Origin: an uncultured delta proteobacterium
Lineage (GTDB): Bacteria > Myxococcota_A > Polyangia > Fen-1088
Reading direction: 5' to 3'
DNA: 64,000 bases
Assembly (NCBI GenBank): GCA_963767925.1
Contig: CAVYGB010000002.1
Span: 256,001-320,000, forward strand
A program made the position numbers and the translations under genes. A model generated the notes under the pieces. It ran no database searches and had not been told where the DNA came from. It was given only the letters and a program-made list of their open reading frames with translations. The first letter of the stretch is position 1, and each line of letters begins with the position of its first letter. This document shows positions 56,621 through 64,000 of the stretch, one piece after another.

Positions 56621-58750
56621 CTCGGCGCCGTGGGCGTTGCCGTTGCTGCTGCCGCCGCCCGGGTTGCCGTTGCGGCGGGGCAGGTCGTGGCCGATCAGGA
56701 TCTCGCGGGCCAGGCTGACCGCCTCCTCGGTCCCGGTCAGCACCAGGAGGTCGTTCGGCTGCAGGGTCTGCTCGGCGGTGGGATAGACCAGGTCGGTCTC
56801 ACCCCGCTCGATGGCGATCACGGTGGCGCCGGTCTGGGCTCTCAGGTCCAGGTCCTTGAGGGTCAGGCCGACCGAGCGGCCGTCGGGCAAGATGCGCACG
56901 GTGGAGGTCTCGCCCAGCCCGGGGACCAGCCGCCGGATCTCCTCGCGCGAGGCGGCGGACGGCTCGGTGACGAGGGACTGGCTGGCCAGCGATTCGAGGA
57001 TGACCTGGGCGCCGGCCCGGACGTGGCCGTGCAGGTTCGTCGCGCTCCGCCAGAAGGGGACGACAAGGACGATCACGCCCATCACCACGATGAGCACGAC
57101 CGGGAAGCGCACGAAGGGCTGGGTCACCGCCGCCAGGGGGATCCCCGCCAGCAGGAGGATGGCGAGCTGGAAGGTGACGAGCAGGGCGCGGCGGGAGGCG
57201 GCGGCGCGGTCGAGGGCCTCGGTGCCCCGGGGCAGGGCCTCGGAGACGAGGGCCGTCCCCAGGGCGCGGGCGATGCGCACGGCCCCGAAGACGAAGGGGA
57301 CCGCCAGGGTCACCACCGCGGCCACGACGACCCAGCGGACGAGCTGCGGCTCCATGCTGAAGCGCCCGACGGCGATGGCCAGCAGGCGGTTCATGCTGAG
57401 CGACGAGACGATGATCAGGCCGGCCAGGGCCACCAGGTCGACCAGCAGCAAACCGACCAGCTTGCGGATGTAGGACCAGGCGGTGCGGTGCTCGGGGGTG
57501 GAGCGAAGCTGCTGCACCCAGGAGCCGTACAGGGTGACGAAGGTCTGCAGCGCGCGGGGCAGGCGGCTGTCGACGAAGGAGGCGAAGGGGCCGGAGGCCC
57601 GGATCAGCCAGGGGGTCACCAGCGTGGTGAGGGCGGAGACCGCCACCGCCACCGGATAGATGAAGGTGCCGGTGGCGTTGAGGGCCACCCCCACCCCGGC
57701 GATGATGAAGGAGAACTCGCCGATCTGGGCCAGGCTCATGCCGGCCTGGACCGAGGTGCGCACCGAGCGGCCGGCCAGGAAGCTCCCCAGCCCCACCCCG
57801 AACACCTTGCCCACCACCACCACCAGGGTCAACACCAGCACGGCGACCCAGTGCTCGGCCACCAGCACCGGATCGATCAACATGCCGACCGAGACGAAGA
57901 AGATGGCGGCGAACAGGTCGCGGATCGGCTCCATGGCCCGCTCGATGGTCTTGACCACGCCCGACTCGGCCACCAGGGCGCCGCCCAGGAAGGCCCCCAG
58001 CGCGACCGAATAGCCGAACTTGCGGGCCAGCAGGGCGCAGGCGAAGCAGATCCCCACCGAGACGACGACGGTCGTCTCCATCCGGCCCATGCGCACGATG
58101 AAGCGCATGAAGCGCGGCACCAGCAAGATGCCGATCACCAGCATGCCGATGAGGAAGGTGGCGAGCTTGGCCAGCGTCCAGGCGAGGGCGCCCGCCGAGA
58201 GGCCCACGCCCGAGGCCACCGGGGTCAAGATCGCCAGCAACAAGATGGCGATGAGGTCCTCGACGATGAGGATGCCGAAGACGAAGTCGGCGACCTTGCC
58301 CTTGATGTTCTGCTCGGCGAAGGCCTTGACGATGATCGTCGTGCTGGAGATGGCGATGAGGGCGCCGGTGAACAGGCTCTCGAGCGGGCGCCAGCCGAAC
58401 AGCCGCCCCACGACGTAGCCCAGCCAGATCATCAGGCTGCACTGGATGACCGCCACCACCCCGGCGGTGGGCCCCACCCGGACCAGCTTGCGCAGGCTGA
58501 ACTCCAGACCCAGGGCGAACATCAGGAGGATCACCCCGATCTCGGAGAACTGGTGGGCGGTGGCCTCGTTGGCGAACAGCGGCACCGGCAGGTGGGGGCC
58601 GACGATGAGGCCGGCGATGAGGTAGCCCAGGATGACCGGCTGCTTGATCCGCTGGAACAGGACGGTGGTGCCCGCGGCCACGCACAGGATGACCGCCAGA
58701 TCGGTCAACAGGTCGAACCCCCCCCCACCCTGGGAGGGGACTGCGGCCAT
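56603..58750 (-). CDS. CPA2 cation:proton antiporter with C-terminal TrkA-C (RCK-C) domain
   Basis: GYLIAGLIVGP, ISST, LIVEDL, FFVSVG and QIGEFSF motifs; C-terminal GATVIAIER. Confidence 0.9.
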   Translation of the reverse strand: MAAVPSQGGGGFDLLTDLAVILCVAAGTTVLFQRIKQPVILGYLIAGLIVGPHLPVPLFANEATAHQFSEIGVILLMFALGLEFSLRKLVRVGPTAGVVAVIQCSLMIWLGYVVGRLFGWRPLESLFTGALIAISSTTIIVKAFAEQNIKGKVADFVFGILIVEDLIAILLLAILTPVASGVGLSAGALAWTLAKLATFLIGMLVIGILLVPRFMRFIVRMGRMETTVVVSVGICFACALLARKFGYSVALGAFLGGALVAESGVVKTIERAMEPIRDLFAAIFFVSVGMLIDPVLVAEHWVAVLVLTLVVVVGKVFGVGLGSFLAGRSVRTSVQAGMSLAQIGEFSFIIAGVGVALNATGTFIYPVAVAVSALTTLVTPWLIRASGPFASFVDSRLPRALQTFVTLYGSWVQQLRSTPEHRTAWSYIRKLVGLLLVDLVALAGLIIVSSLSMNRLLAIAVGRFSMEPQLVRWVVVAAVVTLAVPFVFGAVRIARALGTALVSEALPRGTEALDRAAASRRALLVTFQLAILLLAGIPLAAVTQPFVRFPVVLIVVMGVIVLVVPFWRSATNLHGHVRAGAQVILESLASQSLVTEPSAASREEIRRLVPGLGETSTVRILPDGRSVGLTLKDLDLRAQTGATVIAIERGETDLVYPTAEQTLQPNDLLVLTGTEEAVSLAREILIGHDLPRRNGNPGGGSSNGNAHGAESPASP

Positions 58751-58945
58751 CCAGCTCAGCAGGCCCGACACTCCAAAACCATGGCAAGGCTGGTCGAGCC
58801 CCGCAATGCTCGATTTGTTTCCGGCGCGCTTATCTCTCGCCGGGCCCCGGGTGTCCCACCGCCTCTCGGTGGCGCACCGATTCGCGGGCGGTCTCGCCCA
58901 CCTCCCGCCCCCGCCGGCGCGGCGGGGGCAGGAGCGGCGAGAGGC

Positions 58946-60562
58946 TCAACCGTGGAAGTGGTTGTGGTGGCCGCTGGCGCGTTCGCGCTTGAGGAAGGTG
59001 AAGAACTCCCGGCGGGTGCGGGGACCCTGCGTGTCCCGGCGGTCGAAGCGGGGGACCGAGCGGGGATCCTCCAGGAAGGCCGTGCGCAGGCGGGAGATGT
59101 CGTCGTTGGTGAGGACGAAGCGGGTCTTGGCCGGGTCGATGCCGTAGGCGGCGGCGCCGTTGAGCCCGAAGATCTTGCGACGGATCGGGTCGGTGAGGGC
59201 GGGGTAGCCGTTGGCCTGCTGGAGGGCCTCCGGGATCACGAGGCGCCTCATGGCGGCGATCTGGCCGGCCGGCGAGCCGCCCATCACGCAGTCGGTGCCC
59301 CACAGGACCCGGTCCTCGCCGACGTAGCGGAGCAGCTTGCCGATCACGTGGGCGGCGTTCTGCGGCTGCTGGGCCAGGTTGCGCCAGGTGGTGCCGAGCT
59401 CGGCGTACACGTTCGAGTTGGGCGGGAGCTGGTTCTCTTCCATGGCCCGGATCAGCCGGTCGACGCCCGAGAGGCTGGCCGAGGGGGCCTGCGGGTTGTA
59501 GGCCGTCTCGGTCTTGCTGCTCCAGCCGCCGTGGTAGATGAGAAACTTGATGTCGGGCGCCGCCTTGGCCGCGCGGACCACGTCGAGGGGCGAGTTGGGC
59601 CCGGTGTAGGCGTCGCCGCTGATGCCCCGGTGCATGGCGATGATCTTGATGTTCAGATCGCGGGCCGCCTTCACGTACGTGTTGAGCGTGTTCTCGTTGG
59701 CCAGCCCGTTGGCCAGGCCCGGCAGGGGGTAGCCCTTCCAGGCGGCGATGTTCCGGAACTGCCGGGAGGACTGGGCCATGTAGTCGGCCTCGCCGTTGCG
59801 CTGGGGGTCGGTGTTGCAGTGGAACAGCAGGCGCGAGCCGCCGTAGCGCTCCATCAGCTCGAGCATCTGCTCGCGGGCCTGGTTGCAGGCGGGCCCCTGG
59901 TTGCGGGTGTCGGGCGTCCCGGTGATGCAGGCGACGGTGGTCTCGCTCTCGATGAAGATCTGCGACATGAAGCTCAGCACCTGGTTGGGGGGCCGGTTGC
60001 CCATCCAGGAGACCTCCGTCGGCTGCACGTGGGTCTGCACGTCGAAGATGAACTCGTTGCCGGTCAGCGCCTCGCGGGCGGCGCCCATGTCCTCCAGCAT
60101 GTCGCGGCGGACGTCGTAGGCCGCGCTGTCGCCGCTGGGACCCCCGTCGGGGGCGCGCCCGCCCGAGCCGCCCGCCCCACCCCGCCCCCCGCTGCCCGCG
60201 CTGCCGCCGCTGCCGGCCGCGCCACCGCTGCCGGCCGCGCCGCCCGTCCCGGCCGGGCCGGCTCCGCCGGTGCCTCCGCCCGCCCCACCGGTGGCGGTGT
60301 CGCCCGGGTTGGTGCCGCTGTCGCTGCAGGCGACCTGGTTGATGGCGAACAGCCAGGCGGCGGTGCCGCAGGCGCTCTCGGCGAACTGGCGGCGGGTCAT
60401 CCCCAGCCGACGGTGTTTCTCCTCGACGATGCTCTTCCAGAGCTGCCAGCGCTTCTGGCCGACCTCGGTCGAGCCGATCGGCAGGTATTCGCCGTTGGAC
60501 GGCGGGTCGAAGTCGATGGGCGGCTGGATGGGTAGCTCGGACTCGGACTTCTTGTTGGGCAT
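58946..60562 (-). CDS. Amidohydrolase_2 family protein with Tat-like motif and Gly-rich linker
   Basis: TRRQF, FDVQTH, MHRG, YHGG and LWGTD motifs. Confidence 0.82.
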   Translation of the reverse strand: MPNKKSESELPIQPPIDFDPPSNGEYLPIGSTEVGQKRWQLWKSIVEEKHRRLGMTRRQFAESACGTAAWLFAINQVACSDSGTNPGDTATGGAGGGTGGAGPAGTGGAAGSGGAAGSGGSAGSGGRGGAGGSGGRAPDGGPSGDSAAYDVRRDMLEDMGAAREALTGNEFIFDVQTHVQPTEVSWMGNRPPNQVLSFMSQIFIESETTVACITGTPDTRNQGPACNQAREQMLELMERYGGSRLLFHCNTDPQRNGEADYMAQSSRQFRNIAAWKGYPLPGLANGLANENTLNTYVKAARDLNIKIIAMHRGISGDAYTGPNSPLDVVRAAKAAPDIKFLIYHGGWSSKTETAYNPQAPSASLSGVDRLIRAMEENQLPPNSNVYAELGTTWRNLAQQPQNAAHVIGKLLRYVGEDRVLWGTDCVMGGSPAGQIAAMRRLVIPEALQQANGYPALTDPIRRKIFGLNGAAAYGIDPAKTRFVLTNDDISRLRTAFLEDPRSVPRFDRRDTQGPRTRREFFTFLKRERASGHHNHFHG

Positions 60563-60700
60563 GGGCGCTCTCCCTCTTTTCTGGGGGCTCACGTGGGGGC
60601 CGGCGCGCGGCGGGGGCGAGTATAGTTCACAAGGGCATACCTCGGCGCCGGTCGGATCACCGATCGCGCCGCGCCGGGCCGACGTGGCGAGGCTGGGCCC

Positions 60701-61126
60701 CTACCACTCGCCCTGGCTGGGCATCGAGGCCCAGGGCTCGCGGGGCGGCAACGATTCGCCGCGCTGGAGCAGCTCGACCGAGTGGCCGTCGGGCGATTTG
60801 ATGAAGGCCATGTGGCCGTCGCGCGGAGGCCGCAAGATGGCCACCCCGCCCTCCTGCAGGCGCTGGCAGGTGGCGTAGATGTCGTCGACCTGGTAGGCGA
60901 GGTGCCCGAAAAATCGCCCGGTGGGGTAAGGATCCTTCTGATCCCAGTTGTAGGTCAGCTCGACCTCGGCGGGATCGCCCTCGCCCCCGCTGCCGAGGAA
61001 CACCAGCGTGAAGCGGCCCTTCTCGCTGGCCTTGCGGCGGAGCTCGCGCAGCCCGAGCTGCTCGACGAAGAACCGCAGGGCCGCGTCCAGATCGCGGACG
61101 CGCAACATCGTATGCAAGTAGCGCAT
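60701..61126 (-). CDS. gloA: Lactoylglutathione lyase (glyoxalase I)
   Basis: YLHTMLRV, ELTYNWD, GHLA and SPDGHSVEL motifs. Confidence 0.9.
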   Translation of the reverse strand: MRYLHTMLRVRDLDAALRFFVEQLGLRELRRKASEKGRFTLVFLGSGGEGDPAEVELTYNWDQKDPYPTGRFFGHLAYQVDDIYATCQRLQEGGVAILRPPRDGHMAFIKSPDGHSVELLQRGESLPPREPWASMPSQGEW

Positions 61127-61288
61127 GGGTCCCAACACTACCCCAGGCAGCGGGGGCCTGGGACGAGGCCGGCTGCTACTTTTTCAGGGGGGCTGAACGG
61201 AGTTGTTGCGTGGCGACGGGCGCCATGGTCAAGCTCCTCCGAAGATGGGTTAGTGTGGAGGTCAGGCGCCTCCACGCGACAGCAAGCC

Positions 61289-63085
61289 ATGGCGACGGGC
61301 GATCAGGACAAGGCGGCAGGGAATTCTCGAGCCTTCGACGAGGTGTCGCTGACGGTCCGCCGCTTCCGCGAGCTGGTCGAGACCGTCGACTCGGTCTTCT
61401 GGATCTACGATCCCACCTCCGGCCGGCTCGATTACATCAGCCCGGCCTTCGAGCCCCTGTGGGGCCGCAGCGTCGAGGCGGTGCTGGCCGACTCGCGCGT
61501 GCTCCTCGAGGCCATCCACCCTGACGACGCCCACCTGATGCACGAGGCGATGGAGCGGGAGCGGCGGGGCGAGCGCACGGTGATCGAGTTCCGGGTGGTC
61601 CGCCCCGACGGCAGCGTGCGCTGGGTGCAGGACAGCGCCTTTCCCATCCTCGACGACCAGGGGCACGTGCAGCGGGTGGCAGGCCTGGTCACCGACATCA
61701 CCGCTCGCCGGGCGGCCCAGTTCCGCTCGCACCTGCTGTCCGAGGTCAGTCGGGTGCTGGCCGGCACCACCGGGGTGGCGGCGATCTACGACAAGGTGGC
61801 CCAGCTCGTGGTGCCCGGGCTGGCCGACCTGTCGATCGTCGACCTCCTGGAGGAGAACCGGATCTACAGGGCCACCACCCACGCCCGCCCCGGCATCGAG
61901 GACATCGCCGAGGGGGTGCGGCGGTCGGCCCCCGGCCTGCACGAGCACCAGCACCCCCTCCTGCGGGCCATCAACGAAGGCCGGGTGATCTTCGAGAGGG
62001 TGACCGACGAGAACCGGCCCCACCTCGGCGCCACCCCCGAGCGCAGCCGGCTGCTGGCCGCCCTGAAGTCCTGGTCGTTCGTGGTGATGCCCCTGACCTC
62101 GCGCGGACGGGTGCTGGGCGCGCTGCAGTTCGTGCGCACCGATCCGGCGCGGGAGGACTTTACCGCCGAGGACCTCGACCTCATCGAGGAGCTGAGCCGC
62201 CGCATCTCGACCATCGTCGACAACGTCCAGCTCTACAAGACGGCCGAGGAGGCCCGCGAGCGGGCCGAGGCGATCGCCAACAGCCTGGCCGAACACGTCG
62301 AGCGGCTGTCGGCGGTGGAAGCCCAGCTCAAGAGCGCGGTCCGCCTGCGCGACGACTTCCTGTCGGTGGCCTCCCACGAGCTGAAGACGCCGCTCACGAC
62401 CTTGCGCATCCAGGTCGACGGCCTGCGCCGCCACGGGGTGGGACGGGACCAGGACGAGGAGCGCACCCGCACCAGCCTGGGGCGCATCCACTCCCAGCTC
62501 GGGCGGCTCGAGCGGCTGGTCGAGGAGCTGCTCGACGTCTCCCGCATCCAGTCCGGGCACCTCGAGCTGCGGCCGGAGCTGGTCGACCTCGGCGACCTGG
62601 CCCACGACGTGGTGACGGTGTTCCAGCAGCACCCCGCCTTCTCCGAGCGGATCCGGCTGCAGCGACAGCCCGGGGTGGTGGGGCACTGGGACCGGGCCCG
62701 CCTCGACCAGATCCTCACCAACCTGTTATCGAACGCCCTCAAATACGGGCGAGACCTGCCGGTGGAGCTCTCGATCCGCGGCGACGAGACCGGGGCGGTG
62801 GTCACGGTTGTCGACCACGGCATCGGCATCCCGCCCGCCGCCCAGAAGCGGGTGTTCGAGCGCTTCGAGCGAGCGGCCCCGACCGAGCACTACGGCGGCC
62901 TCGGCCTGGGCCTCTGGATCGTCCGGGAGATCGTCGAGGCGATGGGCGGGACCATCGCCGTCGACAGCCGGGTCGACGAGGGGTCGACCTTCACCGCCCG
63001 GGTGCCCCGCTACCCGCTCTACGCCCGCCTGGGCCCCGAGGCCCTGGCCAGCACCCCGCCGGTCACCCCCAAACCGCTGCGCTGA
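61289..63085 (+). CDS. PAS-GAF sensor histidine kinase
   Basis: PAS/PAC, GAF, SHELKTPL, NLLSNALKY, DHGIGI and GLGLGL motifs. Confidence 0.93.
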   Translation: MATGDQDKAAGNSRAFDEVSLTVRRFRELVETVDSVFWIYDPTSGRLDYISPAFEPLWGRSVEAVLADSRVLLEAIHPDDAHLMHEAMERERRGERTVIEFRVVRPDGSVRWVQDSAFPILDDQGHVQRVAGLVTDITARRAAQFRSHLLSEVSRVLAGTTGVAAIYDKVAQLVVPGLADLSIVDLLEENRIYRATTHARPGIEDIAEGVRRSAPGLHEHQHPLLRAINEGRVIFERVTDENRPHLGATPERSRLLAALKSWSFVVMPLTSRGRVLGALQFVRTDPAREDFTAEDLDLIEELSRRISTIVDNVQLYKTAEEARERAEAIANSLAEHVERLSAVEAQLKSAVRLRDDFLSVASHELKTPLTTLRIQVDGLRRHGVGRDQDEERTRTSLGRIHSQLGRLERLVEELLDVSRIQSGHLELRPELVDLGDLAHDVVTVFQQHPAFSERIRLQRQPGVVGHWDRARLDQILTNLLSNALKYGRDLPVELSIRGDETGAVVTVVDHGIGIPPAAQKRVFERFERAAPTEHYGGLGLGLWIVREIVEAMGGTIAVDSRVDEGSTFTARVPRYPLYARLGPEALASTPPVTPKPLR

Positions 63086-63098
63086 CCGGCGGGCCCGC

Positions 63099-63710
63099 TC
63101 AGGCGGCCTGGACCTTGCCGATCATCTGATCGACGGTCAGCACCTGGGCGAAGGCGAAGCCGAGCACGGCGCAGGTGGCCTTCTGCAGGACGTCCTTGGG
63201 CACCCCGTCCATGTCGATGGTGGTGGTGCCGTCGCTGAGGAAGAACACCCGGAAGTCGCGGGCGTTGGCCTCGCGGGCGGTGGTCTCGGCGCACACGTTG
63301 GTGGCGATGCCGCTGATGATGATGCTGTCGATGCCGCGCGAGCGCAGGATCAGCTCCAGGTCGGTGCCGTGAAAGGCGCCGAAGCGGGGCTTGTCGAGGA
63401 CGATGTCGCTGGCCTCCACCTTCAGGTCCTTGTGGAGGGCGGCGGCGAAGGAGCCCTTGGCGATCATCCCCTCGCGGGTGGGGGGGATGATCTCGCCCAT
63501 GACCCCCACGTTCGACCCGTCGGGGCGGGTGACGTGGGCGGTGTGCACCACCAGCACGCCGGCCTTGCGGCAGATGGCGGCCAGCTTGTTGACCCGGGCG
63601 ACGACGGCAGGACCGTCGGGCGGCGAGACCGGGAAGCCCTCGACGAACACGTTCTGCAAGTCGACGTTGACGAGCGCCAGCTTGCGAAGATCAACCGGGA
63701 AATCCACCAT
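63099..63710 (-). CDS. Isochorismatase-family cysteine hydrolase
   Basis: VDLQNVF, KPRFGAF and GIATNVC motifs. Confidence 0.9.
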   Translation of the reverse strand: MVDFPVDLRKLALVNVDLQNVFVEGFPVSPPDGPAVVARVNKLAAICRKAGVLVVHTAHVTRPDGSNVGVMGEIIPPTREGMIAKGSFAAALHKDLKVEASDIVLDKPRFGAFHGTDLELILRSRGIDSIIISGIATNVCAETTAREANARDFRVFFLSDGTTTIDMDGVPKDVLQKATCAVLGFAFAQVLTVDQMIGKVQAA

Positions 63711-63787
63711 GATCGCCCCTCCTTTTCGAAGACTCCTCGACGTTACCACGCCGTCGCGGTGGCGGGGACCCTCCCGGGGTCCCGGCC

Positions 63788-64000
63788 TCAGGGCTGGGCG
63801 CCGTCGGCGAGGGCGGCGATCTCGGCGTCCTCGAGGGGGCGGTCGTAGACGACAAGCTCGTCGATGGCGCCGACCAGGCGCTGGGTTGTCACGGCCGGGT
63901 CGGCGCCGTTGACGCCCGCGCCGATCAGCAGGGGCGCGGCGGCGGTGACGGTGCGGCCCCGATAGGACCGCCGCTCGGCCACCCGCAGCCCGTCGACGAA
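63788..64000 (-). CDS. C-terminus of a LamG-domain protein (5' end outside window)
   Basis: LLIGA…GAIDELVVYDRPL motif. Confidence 0.7.
   Translation of the reverse strand, partial: FVDGLRVAERRSYRGRTVTAAAPLLIGAGVNGADPAVTTQRLVGAIDELVVYDRPLEDAEIAALADGAQP

Overview
GC-rich, myxobacterium-like (Myxococcota-type; inferred from a MYXO-CTERM-like tail, DUF4388, Pro/Gly-rich lipoproteins and an ECF/caspase triad) chromosomal window. Recognisable genes include argD-argF, a dnaK paralog with a J-domain partner, prkA-yeaH-spoVR, mltG-ruvX, mutM, gloA, several peptidases, transporters, a Ser/Thr kinase and a His kinase. No rRNA, tRNA or CRISPR array was found. The unusual content is intergenic. (1) A family of REP-like hairpins (GCCGGAGGCCCCTCACCC...CCTCTCCCC-stem-GGGGAGAGG) sits directly 5' of all four long-unit intergenic tandem arrays (units of 34, 39, about 49 and 94 bp). 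(2) Two copies of a ~165-nt element show compensatory base changes in several stems. (3) A 1.6-kb IS5-family element carries a four-helix-bundle passenger gene and is inserted in a 16/17-bp tandem array; a one-ended, internally deleted copy lies 22 kb away. (4) There is a CTAG-bounded MITE, and third-codon-position strand bias appears to flip around these elements. All product calls are from motif recognition by eye; no database searches were run.
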